NCBI GenBank assembly: GCA_023245155.1
Contig: JAHFKV010000001.1
Location: 597,395 to 661,394 of the forward strand
Direction: 5' to 3'
DNA length: 64,000 nucleotides
DNA from: Candidatus Staskawiczbacteria bacterium
Lineage (GTDB): Bacteria; Patescibacteriota; Minisyncoccia; Minisyncoccales; Staskawiczbacteraceae
Positions 9,474 to 18,574 of the stretch are shown here, piece by piece. The stretch's first letter is position 1; the number at the start of each line of letters is the position of its first letter. The translations under genes were made by a program, and so were the position numbers. Under the pieces are notes generated by a model. It saw only the letters and a list, made by a program, of their open reading frames with translations. It was not told where the DNA came from and did not search any database.

Positions 9474-9502
9474 AATATACTACAGACAAGCTTCTTTGTC
9501 AA
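9474..9502 (-). promoter_or_regulatory. cassette A promoter TTGACA-N17-TATATT
   Basis: Minus strand reads TTGACAaagaagcttgtctgtagTATATT. Confidence 0.5.
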
Positions 9503-9508
9503 TACAAG

Positions 9509-9530
9509 CAAAAAAGCCTCTTCCGAGACT
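9509..9530 (-). terminator. prfB terminator
   Basis: Minus strand reads AGTCTCggaaGAGGCTTTTTT, starting 3 nt after the prfB stop. Confidence 0.55.
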
Positions 9531-9532
9531 TT

Positions 9533-10619
9533 TTATTCACCCAGTTTTAACTCCGCTTGTATAAATTCTTCCAAATCACCATCTAAAACTTTTTCGGCCT
9601 GCGAAGTTTCATACTGCGTCCGTAAGTCTTTCACCATTTTATAGGGATGGAGCACATAGCTGCGGATCTGGCTGCCAAAGGCTGTGGTCATTTGCTCACC
9701 CTTAATGTCTTTCAATTCTTTCGCCTGTTGTTGTTGTTTTAAAGCATGGAGTTTGGCATACAGAACACTCATAGCATGTTCGCGGTTCCGGCCCTGGCTG
9801 CGTTCTGACTGGCTGGCAACCACCAAACCCGTTGGAATATGGGTAATACGAATGGCGCTTTCGGTTTTGTTGACATATTGCCCGCCCGGTCCTGAAGCGC
9901 GGAAGGTATCTACTCGTAAATCCACTGGGTTAATCTGCATATCTTCGGCCACTTCTTTAATTTCTGGCAGCACTTGTACTTGGGCGAACGAAGTATGGCG
10001 GAGTTTTTGGGCGGAAAACGGCGATTGACGGACTAAGCGATGAACCCCTGACTCTTTTTTCAAAAATCCATAGGCGTGACTGCCGCGGATTTCGAACGTA
10101 ACCGATTTAGTACCAATCCGCCCCTCCGGCCCGCCGCCTTCCCCAAAACTTTGGTGCAAAATTTCCGTTTGCCATCCCCGGGCATCGCAATAGCGCTGAT
10201 ACATCCTTAAAAGCATAGTAGTCCAATCTTGCGCCTCTACCCCTCCCGCTCCGCTGAAAATTTCCATAATGGCATTATTCTTATCATAAGGCTCCGACAG
10301 AAAAATTCTAAACTCCTGCTGCTCAACGTGCTTTTTTAAATGCGTGATGGCCCTTTCATCAACATGGCCCAGTTCTGCCAATTCTTTCACATCAGCCAAT
10401 GCTTTTTTTAGATGTTCCGCTACGGCCAGTTCTTCTTTTAAAGATGAAATTTGTTGGCTAATTTTGGCAGCTTCTTGCGAATCCTCCCAAAAATGCGGAG
10501 TCTGGGTTTTTGCTTCTAGTTCCGCCAGCGCTTTTTCTTTTACATCAACATCAAAGCCGGTCCACCAAATACTGGACTTTTTGTTCCAATTCGCCAATTT
10601 GCGTTACTGAATCAGCCAT
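9533..10619 (-). CDS. prfB: peptide chain release factor 2 (programmed +1 frameshift)
   Basis: Frame 0 is ATG(10619) MADSVTQIGELEQKVQYLVDRL followed by TGA. A +1 shift at CTT-TGA joins the 354-aa ORF frame at DVDVKEK. SPF and GGQ motifs are present. Confidence 0.9.
10551..10556 (-). other. prfB +1 frameshift site CTT TGA
   Basis: Minus strand reads GGTGGACCGG CTT TGA T. The in-frame UGA follows a slippery CUU-U, as in the classical RF2 autoregulatory site. Confidence 0.85.
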
Positions 10620-10659
10620 GTTGGTGGGATTAATATATGCTTCATTCTAGCATATTTTT

Positions 10660-10699
10660 GAGAAAAAGAAAAAGCCGCAGGTGAGTCCTACCTGCGGCT
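10660..10699 (-). terminator. terminator of cassette B
   Basis: Minus strand reads AGCCGCAGGTaggactcACCTGCGGCTTTTTCTTTTTC. Confidence 0.75.
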
Positions 10700-10721
10700 G
10701 AGGCTGGGGTTGTACGAACGG

Positions 10722-11021
10722 TCACGCCGGGGTTGGCGCTTCAACCGAGGCCGGAGCTTCAATGGGAACGCCCTTTTTCGTACAGACGAAGCAGGCGATT
10801 GCCTGCACCGTCAGGGGTTTGTCCGAAGGCAGCTCGTCGTTCCCGATAGTGATTGTGAATTCCGTTTCCAAATCCATGATCAACTGGGTGACGTCAATGG
10901 AATCCATTCCCAAGTCCGAGATCAGGGTATCGGGCCTGATCTCCTCGCGTTTCATCTTGCTGTTACCAGCGGCGGTGGAGACCTTGTCGCCGACTTTCTC
11001 CAGGACATCTGAGTACTTCAT
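10722..11021 (-). CDS. acyl carrier protein-like (GC-rich cassette B)
   Basis: 99 aa. LISDLGMDSIDVTQLIMDLETEF carries the ACP phosphopantetheine DS(L/I)D motif. SD GAGGGA lies 8 nt upstream. Confidence 0.6.
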   Translation of the reverse strand: MKYSDVLEKVGDKVSTAAGNSKMKREEIRPDTLISDLGMDSIDVTQLIMDLETEFTITIGNDELPSDKPLTVQAIACFVCTKKGVPIEAPASVEAPTPA

Positions 11022-11120
11022 GGCTACTATCCCTCAAAACCACGCACCTTCCGCCACCGTGGCGAGAAATCAATGTGCTACAAAAACTTTATCATAAAAT
11101 AGTTATTCCGTCCAGTCTCA

Positions 11121-12236
11121 CTACCTCACCGACTGGTACCCCTCCTTCACCCCTTTTTTAGAAAGCACCACTTGCCACAATTGAATATTGCGCGCCCGGA
11201 ATCCACCAGCACAGTTCAGTAAATAATACTTCCACATTTTGTAAAAACGCTCTGAATATTTTTCTTCCAGTGAGGACCAATTTTTATCAAAATTATTAAA
11301 CCAAGCCATTAATGTTTTATCATAATCCGAGCCAAAATTGTGCCAATCCTCCATCACAAATACACTTTCAATACTTTTTCCGATTTGCGAGATGGAAGGC
11401 AGCATACCATTGGGGAAAATATATTTTTCAATCCAAGGATCAATTGAACCACCCTTACTATTCCAACCAATCGTGTGTAGTAAAAATAAGCCGTTGTCTT
11501 TTAACAGTTGGCGGGCTTTTGTAAAAAATACTTTGTAATTTTTAGCACCCACGTGTTCAAACATACCCACTGAAACAATATGGTCAAACTGGCCGGTTAA
11601 TTTCCGATAGTCTTCCAGGATAATTTCAACCGGTAAGCCTTGGCACACCTCTTCAGCCAATTTTTTCTGTTCTTTGGAAACGGTAATCCCCACTCCACTG
11701 ACACCATACTTTTCCGCTGCGAATTTTAATAAGCCTCCCCAACCGCAGCCAATGTCTAAAATCCGGCCACCCTTTTTTAAACCAATTTTCCGGCAAATAA
11801 GATCCAGTTTGGCTTCTTGGGCTTCTGCTAAATTACGTGCATGGGCCCAATAGCCGCAACTATACACCATGCGCGGATCTAGCATAGCCTTATACACATC
11901 ATTTCCAATATCATAATGGTGCTGGCCAACCTGAAAGGCGCGCGAGACACTTTGTAAATTAAAGAGCCATGAACGGGCCGCGCTGAACAGAACCGGAAAA
12001 GTAAAATTAAAATCATGTTGCAGTTCAACGGTAAGTAATTTATAAAAAAATTGGTCAAGACTTTTAACATCCCACCAACCTTCAACATAGGAATCTCCCA
12101 ACGCCAAAGAGCCGCCCATTAAAACGCGAGTATACAACTTTTCATTATGGACTTGCGGGTCCCAATCATTCGGGCCATTTGGGGTAATCCCCGCTTTGCT
12201 TAAGATGGCTTGGGCTTTTTGTTTAGCTGAAAACAT
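11121..12236 (-). CDS. cfa: cyclopropane-fatty-acyl-phospholipid synthase family methyltransferase
   Basis: 371 aa with the SAM motif ILDIGCGWGG and a CFA/mycolic-acid-synthase-like layout (YDIGNDVY, FEHVG). Confidence 0.8.
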   Translation of the reverse strand: MFSAKQKAQAILSKAGITPNGPNDWDPQVHNEKLYTRVLMGGSLALGDSYVEGWWDVKSLDQFFYKLLTVELQHDFNFTFPVLFSAARSWLFNLQSVSRAFQVGQHHYDIGNDVYKAMLDPRMVYSCGYWAHARNLAEAQEAKLDLICRKIGLKKGGRILDIGCGWGGLLKFAAEKYGVSGVGITVSKEQKKLAEEVCQGLPVEIILEDYRKLTGQFDHIVSVGMFEHVGAKNYKVFFTKARQLLKDNGLFLLHTIGWNSKGGSIDPWIEKYIFPNGMLPSISQIGKSIESVFVMEDWHNFGSDYDKTLMAWFNNFDKNWSSLEEKYSERFYKMWKYYLLNCAGGFRARNIQLWQVVLSKKGVKEGYQSVR

Positions 12237-12266
12237 GTTGCTTACATTAATAATTAATAAAACAAG

Positions 12267-12337
12267 AGCCGCTTACAAGAATCGAACTTGTGCTTGCGCT
12301 TTACGAAAGCGCTGTTCTGCCACTGAACTAAAGCGGC
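12267..12337 (-). tRNA. tRNA-Thr (anticodon CGT)
   Basis: Hand fold: acceptor GCCGCTT/AAGCGGC, anticodon stem GCGCT/AGCGC, loop TTCGTAA, T-arm ACAAG-TTCGATT-CTTGT. Confidence 0.85.
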
Positions 12338-12382
12338 TTAATTACATCAGGATATCACCCGAAACCTCAAAAATCAATTCGC

Positions 12383-12775
12383 TCACTTCTTAAACCATCC
12401 GCCTATCCACCCCAGCCATAATTGCAACACATTGGGCTTAGTGGCTGGTGTAACGGCCTTCTGGTTAGAAGCTTGCACAAATGAAATTACTTTTTCACCG
12501 GACAATTGTAAATCCAATTCCTCCCGTGCAACTTTTTCAATGTAAGCTGGATCGTCTTGCCGGGCCATTCCTTCTTTTAACTGGGCATTCTGCTGTTTCA
12601 AATTTTCTACTTTTTGCTTTAACCCCAATACTTGTGTATCCAATTCTTTGTGCTTTTGATACACCTTCACATCAGCCACCACAAGGGTTATCAGTATTCC
12701 TACAATCGCCAAAGCGCCCAGATTAATAAAAAAACGGCGGTAAGGATTCTTGGTTTTTTTTTGAAAATCTGGCAT
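12383..12775 (-). CDS. septum formation initiator FtsB/DivIC-like
   Basis: Single TM followed by a coiled coil (LGLKQKVENLKQQNAQLKEGM...DPAYIEKVAREEL). Start placed at MPDFQKK; the ORF track extends to 12808. Confidence 0.6.
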   Translation of the reverse strand: MPDFQKKTKNPYRRFFINLGALAIVGILITLVVADVKVYQKHKELDTQVLGLKQKVENLKQQNAQLKEGMARQDDPAYIEKVAREELDLQLSGEKVISFVQASNQKAVTPATKPNVLQLWLGWIGGWFKK

Positions 12776-12878
12776 ACTGTTTATATGAAAACAAAAAAAC
12801 TTCTTCAAATAATCTGGATCGTTGCCATTATCATTGTGGCCCTGACCATGGTGATAGGAACCCTTGGCTATGGCCTAT

Positions 12879-13436
12879 TTACGAGATAGAAATATTTTTT
12901 ACCGCGGCTTCATAATTAGCCAGTATTTTTTTGGCTTTTTCAATGTCTAACGAATAGCCGGGGTTATAAACAATAGAGCTCCGTACCACGTGGGCGTCTA
13001 AAATATCTTCATAATTAGGCAACAGCCGAGTGCCTGCATCTTTCACTAATTCTTCAAAGGTTTCGCCCTTGTAGCCGGCGTTCTCTAAAGTAAGATGCAA
13101 ATATTCATCGGCTTCAATGATGGCCAACTTGTAATCATTTTCGTTGCCCGTAGCCAGTTTTTTGGTAATTTTTTTCCAGCGTTTGTTGGCTTCTGCTAAG
13201 CCATAGGGCTGCCAGGAAATAAATTCGGCGGTGTCCTGCAAGAATTTGTAATGCAGATAGCTGCTGTTTAAATAAAAATAAATTACCGCGCAAAAAAAGA
13301 ATATGGTAAAGGCAATGAATGCCAATTTAATTCCCAGTAACTGGTCTTGGATGCTGGGGGAAGAAATAAAATAAATAAAATCTTTTATTCCCAACAAGTC
13401 ATATATTTGTTCCCAACTGGTCGGAGGAGGTAGCAT
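12879..13436 (-). CDS. hypothetical membrane protein
   Basis: ORF-track frame trimmed to the ATG at 13436 (MLPPPTSW), 4 nt after the gatA stop. One or two TM helices; no family recognised. Confidence 0.45.
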   Translation of the reverse strand: MLPPPTSWEQIYDLLGIKDFIYFISSPSIQDQLLGIKLAFIAFTIFFFCAVIYFYLNSSYLHYKFLQDTAEFISWQPYGLAEANKRWKKITKKLATGNENDYKLAIIEADEYLHLTLENAGYKGETFEELVKDAGTRLLPNYEDILDAHVVRSSIVYNPGYSLDIEKAKKILANYEAAVKNISIS

Positions 13437-13440
13437 GCCT

Positions 13441-14859
13441 TTATTGTAGCAACTTTTCCATATGCTCTGCAACGGCCAAAATCTTGTTATCTTCAAAATG
13501 ATTGCCGATTATCTGCAACCCTACGGGCAGTTTTCCAATCTTGCCTGCGGGCAATGATATCCCGGGGATTCCTGCCAAATTCAAAGAAATGGTGTAAATG
13601 TCAGCTAAGTACATGGCAAGGGGGTCATCAGTCTTTTCCCCTATTTTAAATGCCGGGAATGGCGACACTGGTGCAAAAATAACATCTACTTTTTCAAAAG
13701 CATTTTGGAAATCTTCCCGGACTAATTGGCGCACTTCTTGAGCCTTTTTATAGTAAGCGTCATAATACCCTGAAGACAAAGCATGTGTTCCAATAATAAT
13801 TCTGCGCTTAGCTTCGGCATTAAACCCCGCAGCGCGTGTTTTTAGATATACATCTAATAAGTTGTCACCTGGTTCTGACAAAGCATACTTGATGCCGTCA
13901 AACCTTGCCAAGTTGGTTGATGCCTCGCACGGAGCAATAATATAATAACAAGCCAAAGCATATTCGGTTGCCGGCAAGGTAATTTCCACAATAGTTGCCC
14001 CCGCCTCTTCCGCCTTTTTGATTGCCTGTTTTATGATGGTTTCTACTTCCGGATTAATGCCTTTGGCAAAATATTCTTTGGGCACTCCGATTTTCAAACC
14101 TTTCATAGCCACGTTTACTTCCTTAAATTCATAATCAACTGACGTGGCATCCATAGGATCTTTTCCTGAAATCGCTTTAAAAACGGTTACCACATCTTCA
14201 ACCGTCCTGCCCATTGGGCCAATTTGGTCTAAAGAAGAAGCATAGGCATACACTCCATACCGGGAAACGGTTCCATAGGTTGGCTTTAAACCAACCACGC
14301 CACAGAAGGATGCTGGCTGACGAATTGAACCCCCCGTATCTTCCGCTAGGGCCCAGCAAGATTCTTTCGCTGCCACCCCAGCAGCTGATCCGCCCGAACT
14401 CCCTCCGGCCACCCGGCTGGTATCATGAGGATTTTTTGTGACTTTAAAAGCTGAATTTTCCGTTGAGCTGCCAAATCCAAAACAATCCATGTTAGTTTTT
14501 CCCAAAATTACTCCTCCCAGTTCTTTGAGTTTTCTTATTACGGTTGCGTCATATGGAGCAACATAATTTTCTAACATTTTTGATCCGGCCGTTGCCTTCT
14601 CTCCTTCAACCAAAATCGCATCTTTAACGCAAAATGGCACTCCCGTCAACATTGGAAAATTCTTGCTAGATGAAATAATCTTATCAGCTTTTTCAGCCTG
14701 CTCTAACGCCAGTTTTTCAGTAATATTCAAATATGCGCCAATCTCCCCATCAGTCTTTTTAATCTCATCCAAATACGCCTTGGTTACTTCAGCTGAAGTA
14801 AACTGCTTTTTTTTAAAGCCTTCGTGAAGCTGGGCAATGGTCAGATCAATAAGGTTCAC
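13441..14859 (-). CDS. gatA: Glu/Asp-tRNA amidotransferase subunit A
   Basis: 472 aa with the amidase signature GGSSGGSAAGVA and GatA-like ends. GTG start. Confidence 0.9.
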   Translation of the reverse strand: MNLIDLTIAQLHEGFKKKQFTSAEVTKAYLDEIKKTDGEIGAYLNITEKLALEQAEKADKIISSSKNFPMLTGVPFCVKDAILVEGEKATAGSKMLENYVAPYDATVIRKLKELGGVILGKTNMDCFGFGSSTENSAFKVTKNPHDTSRVAGGSSGGSAAGVAAKESCWALAEDTGGSIRQPASFCGVVGLKPTYGTVSRYGVYAYASSLDQIGPMGRTVEDVVTVFKAISGKDPMDATSVDYEFKEVNVAMKGLKIGVPKEYFAKGINPEVETIIKQAIKKAEEAGATIVEITLPATEYALACYYIIAPCEASTNLARFDGIKYALSEPGDNLLDVYLKTRAAGFNAEAKRRIIIGTHALSSGYYDAYYKKAQEVRQLVREDFQNAFEKVDVIFAPVSPFPAFKIGEKTDDPLAMYLADIYTISLNLAGIPGISLPAGKIGKLPVGLQIIGNHFEDNKILAVAEHMEKLLQ

Positions 14860-15137
14860 AAAATTGCTTTTACTTTAATATAATTATCTTTTTTGTCAGG
14901 AGCTGCTTGTACTAAATTATTAGCCAAACTAGCCGGTTTTTGTATGGCCACATCTTTGCGCAGGACGTTTTTTCCGTCCCCATTCAATTTTTTAGCGCCT
15001 ACCTTCGGTGCCTTTTTTAAAATATCAAAATAATCCAAAACTGCCGTCAGATCTTTCTGCATTTTTTTCGTTTCAGCTTCAGTTAATTCCAGCCGCGCCA
15101 GCTTGGCAATATGCAGCACTTCTTCTTTGGAAATCAT
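14856..15137 (-). CDS. gatC: Glu/Asp-tRNA amidotransferase subunit C
   Basis: MISKEEVLHIAKLARLELTEAE is a typical GatC N-terminus. Overlaps the gatA start by 4 nt. Confidence 0.8.
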   Translation of the reverse strand: MISKEEVLHIAKLARLELTEAETKKMQKDLTAVLDYFDILKKAPKVGAKKLNGDGKNVLRKDVAIQKPASLANNLVQAAPDKKDNYIKVKAIL

Positions 15138-15168
15138 GAATTTTTTTAGCGAAGCGTAAAAACTCACC

Positions 15169-16239
15169 TTAAATCGGCGCACCCCACTCTTCGTCTTTCG
15201 CCACTAAATTCTCGAGCGTTTCAATATTTTCCAAGGCAATTCCGCAACCGCGCACCACGGAAGTTAACGGATCATCAATAATCTTGCAGGGCATTTTAGT
15301 TTCTTTGGCAATCAACTGGTCCAGGCCGCGCAGCAGGGATCCCCCACCCGCCAAGAAAATGCCGTTAGTCATCACATCGGCCAATAACTCAGGTGGAGTT
15401 TCTTCAATGGTGGTTTTAATGGCTGCTACAATTTGTTTTACAGAACGGTCCAAAGCCCGCTGGATATCATCGTTAAAAATTACCACTTCTTCGGGCAAAC
15501 CGGTTACCAGATTGCGCCCCCGCATGGGCATTTCTTTTTTCTCTTTCATGGGAATAGCGCTGCCAATATTGATTTTAATGAATTCGGCCGTCCGCTCGCC
15601 AATCAGCAATTTATATTCTTTCTGGGCAAACTGGATAATATCATCGTTCAACTTATCCCCCGCTACCCGCAAACTGCGGAAGGCCACAATCCCACCCAAA
15701 GAAATTACGGCCACTTCCGTAGTTCCTCCGCCAATATCAACAATAAAATTTCCTCCTGGATCTTGAATAGGTAGCTTGGCGCCAATGGCCGAAGCCAAGG
15801 GTTCCTCAATCAAAAAAACCGTCCTTGCACCCGCATTTTTGGCGGCGTCTCTCACCGCTTTCCGCTCCACTTCTGTTACACCGCACGGAATGCCGATGAT
15901 AACCCGCGGCGAATAGCCGAAGCCCCACCATGTTTTGCTGCCAGCCACCGCTTTTTCAATGAAATACTTTAACATTTGCTCGGTCACTTCAAAATCTGAA
16001 ATTACCCCGTTCACCAACGGGCGGGTGGCAGTAATGTAGCTGGGCGTACGACCCACCATCTTTTTGGCTTCTTCCCCAATGGCTAAAATTTGGCCGGTTT
16101 TATTGTTTACCGCTACCACCGAAGGTTCGTTAATAATGATACCCCGGTCTTTCACGTACACCAAAGAATTGGCCGTTCCCAGGTCAATGGCCATGTCCAG
16201 CGATAAAAAAGAAAAGAGTTTTTTAAACGGATTAAACAT
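15169..16239 (-). CDS. mreB: rod shape-determining actin homolog MreB (copy 1)
   Basis: AIDLGTANSLVY, VDIGGGTTEVAV and LAGGGSLLRGL are actin-fold motifs. Confidence 0.85.
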   Translation of the reverse strand: MFNPFKKLFSFLSLDMAIDLGTANSLVYVKDRGIIINEPSVVAVNNKTGQILAIGEEAKKMVGRTPSYITATRPLVNGVISDFEVTEQMLKYFIEKAVAGSKTWWGFGYSPRVIIGIPCGVTEVERKAVRDAAKNAGARTVFLIEEPLASAIGAKLPIQDPGGNFIVDIGGGTTEVAVISLGGIVAFRSLRVAGDKLNDDIIQFAQKEYKLLIGERTAEFIKINIGSAIPMKEKKEMPMRGRNLVTGLPEEVVIFNDDIQRALDRSVKQIVAAIKTTIEETPPELLADVMTNGIFLAGGGSLLRGLDQLIAKETKMPCKIIDDPLTSVVRGCGIALENIETLENLVAKDEEWGAPI

Positions 16240-17467
16240 GTTTGAGAATATCTTTAACTTTCACAAGTTTCATCAAATCTTTAGCGCGTTCTTTCAACTC
16301 CACCGAATTCTTTTCCAAGGTCTTTTCTGAAACCACTACCCGTAACGGAATCCCCAGTAAATCAGATTCGGCAAATTTTTCCCCGGGGTTTTTATTTTCT
16401 CTCTCGTCCCATAATACTTGAATGCCTGCTGATTGTAAACTCTTGTAAAGTTTTGCAGCTGCTGTTTTAACTTTCGCCCCGGGCAAACTCACCAGGTGGA
16501 CTTTGAAGGGTGCCACGCTTTCTGGCCAAATAATCCCCTTTTCATCGTGACTAGCTTCCACAATCGCCCCCATCAATCTGCTCAAACCAATGCCATAACA
16601 CCCCATTAAAACGGGTTTGTCATGCCCGTCGCGATCTGTGAACTTTAAATCAAAGGGAGTTGAAAACTTTGTTCCAAGTTTAAAGATATTCCCGACTTCC
16701 ACCGCTTTCTTTTCCTCAAATTCTGCATTATTACATGCTGTGCACTTGAGAGTTTCAGCCTTTATTTCTTTGTTAATAGCAAGGGAACATCTGGTGCACA
16801 CATAAATCAAGTCTTCACCGGCATCTGTTATAGTTTGGAATTCATCCGAATATTTTGAAAAGGTGCCGCCACTGGCCAGGGTCCGGTAGGTTATTTTCCC
16901 GATTCCGCATTCTTTGAATATTTTTTCATATGCTTTGGCGGCTTTTTCATAGTACACATCAAAATCTTCTTGGTTAGTGTAAAAAGAATACAAATCTTTC
17001 ATAATAAATTCCCTGGTGCGTAAAATGCCAGACTTTGCCCGCAACTCATTCCTGAATTTTGTTTGAATTTGAAACACATGGAGGGGCAAATCTTTATAGG
17101 AAAAAATTACTTTTTTTGCCAGTGGCGCAACCACTTCTTCATGAGTGGAGCCTAAAGCATATTCTTTATCTCCCGCCCCGGGCAATTTAAACAACACATC
17201 CAAACTATCCCAACGGCCGGTTCTAACCCAATTTTCTTTTGGATGCAACGAGGGCAACAGTAATTCCTGTCCGTCAATCATTTCCATGTTTTTGCGAATA
17301 ATCCCTTCAATGTTCTTTAAAACCTTAAAACCCAGGGGCAAAAAGCTGTACACCCCGGCCATCAGTTGATCCACGTACCCTGCCCGCACCAGTAAATCAT
17401 GGGAAACTGATTCGGCATTTCCCGTTTTATTTTTATTTGCTTTATAAAATAACTTTGACTGAAGCAT
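16232..17467 (-). CDS. proS: prolyl-tRNA synthetase (short form, no INS editing domain)
   Basis: Class II motifs FRNELRAKSGILRTREF and GCYGIGLSRL. Only 411 aa, with CTRC...CTAC between motifs 2 and 3. Confidence 0.85.
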   Translation of the reverse strand: MLQSKLFYKANKNKTGNAESVSHDLLVRAGYVDQLMAGVYSFLPLGFKVLKNIEGIIRKNMEMIDGQELLLPSLHPKENWVRTGRWDSLDVLFKLPGAGDKEYALGSTHEEVVAPLAKKVIFSYKDLPLHVFQIQTKFRNELRAKSGILRTREFIMKDLYSFYTNQEDFDVYYEKAAKAYEKIFKECGIGKITYRTLASGGTFSKYSDEFQTITDAGEDLIYVCTRCSLAINKEIKAETLKCTACNNAEFEEKKAVEVGNIFKLGTKFSTPFDLKFTDRDGHDKPVLMGCYGIGLSRLMGAIVEASHDEKGIIWPESVAPFKVHLVSLPGAKVKTAAAKLYKSLQSAGIQVLWDERENKNPGEKFAESDLLGIPLRVVVSEKTLEKNSVELKERAKDLMKLVKVKDILKHV

Positions 17468-17483
17468 AATTTTTGAAAATTAA

Positions 17484-18572
17484 TTATAACCCCGCTTTCC
17501 AAAATTCTACCACCCGCGGAAAATCAAATTTTACCGTAATAAATAATGACAAAGCAATTAGTGTTACGAAGCAAAAAATGGTCAATCCCTGTTCCCAGTT
17601 TACCGGCACGGGTTTTTTCATGGCTTTTTCTATAATTAAAAATAGTAATTTACCGCCATCAAGAGCCGGAATGGGTAACAAATTAAAAATAGCCAGCAAC
17701 ACTGAAAGCGACCCGATAAAATACAGGAAAAACCCGAGGCCGTAATCTGCTGCGCGGCTCAAAAACAGCGTAATACCAACCGGCCCGGCCAACTCTGCGC
17801 CCGCGGGAACCCCATGGCCGCCAATTAAGCTGGCAAAAAAACCGTAAATACTGGTTAATTCCCCAACCGTTACCTGACCGGTGTACACAATCCCTTGAAG
17901 AGGAGCTTGGTACCATGGATATTTTTTAATAATGTTGGCAAAACGTTCCAATGAAATGCCAGTTGGACCCTGGCCAGCCGGATACGTTGCGCGGGGAGTC
18001 ATGGTGGCAGTAATTTCTTTCCCCTTGCGGGTGACCGTCAACGTAATTTCTTTTCCTTTATTGGCCTGGACCAGATTCTGAAAATCTGCGATTTTATGGA
18101 AACCTAATAGCTCATCCCCCGCCCGCAAACCTGCGGCAGCAGCCGGTGAATTTGGTTGCACATCAATAATGGTCACCATGGTGCCATTTACTCCCGCCAC
18201 ATCTTGATCACCCACGGGAACATTAGCTCCAATCCCGAATACGACAGAAAAAATAATGCAGCTGGCAACCCAAAATGCCAGCACACCCCCCAAGACAATG
18301 AGAATCCGTTTCCAAATCGCCAGGGCGGCAAAGCTGCGGTAGTCATCCACTCCACCTTCTTCTCCATAAATCCGCACAAAAGCTCCCAGAGGAATCAAAT
18401 TGATTGAATACACAGTTTCACCGAATTTCACTCCCGCTATTTTAGGAGGATAGAAAATACCAAATTCTTCCACCTTCACCCCGAATTTTTTAGCAATCAC
18501 AAAATGCCCGAACTCATGGATAATCATCAGGGCAATCAGGCTCAAGAATGCGATTATTAACGTTAGAATCAT
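17484..18572 (-). CDS. rseP: RIP metalloprotease RseP (M50 site-2 protease with PDZ)
   Basis: HEFGHF near the N-terminus, a PDZ-like middle region (SPAAAAGLRAGDELL) and NLLPIPALDGG. Confidence 0.8.
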   Translation of the reverse strand: MILTLIIAFLSLIALMIIHEFGHFVIAKKFGVKVEEFGIFYPPKIAGVKFGETVYSINLIPLGAFVRIYGEEGGVDDYRSFAALAIWKRILIVLGGVLAFWVASCIIFSVVFGIGANVPVGDQDVAGVNGTMVTIIDVQPNSPAAAAGLRAGDELLGFHKIADFQNLVQANKGKEITLTVTRKGKEITATMTPRATYPAGQGPTGISLERFANIIKKYPWYQAPLQGIVYTGQVTVGELTSIYGFFASLIGGHGVPAGAELAGPVGITLFLSRAADYGLGFFLYFIGSLSVLLAIFNLLPIPALDGGKLLFLIIEKAMKKPVPVNWEQGLTIFCFVTLIALSLFITVKFDFPRVVEFWKAGL

Positions 18573-18574
18573 GG

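Noticed and set aside
12786-12889. A plus-strand 34-aa hydrophobic ORF (MKTKKLLQIIWIVAIIIVALTMVIGTLGYGLFTR) in the ftsB-upstream gap
   Set aside because: It looks like a plausible small membrane peptide, but it has no SD or promoter, lies opposite to the flow of the array, and partly overlaps the alternative ftsB start. The evidence is insufficient.
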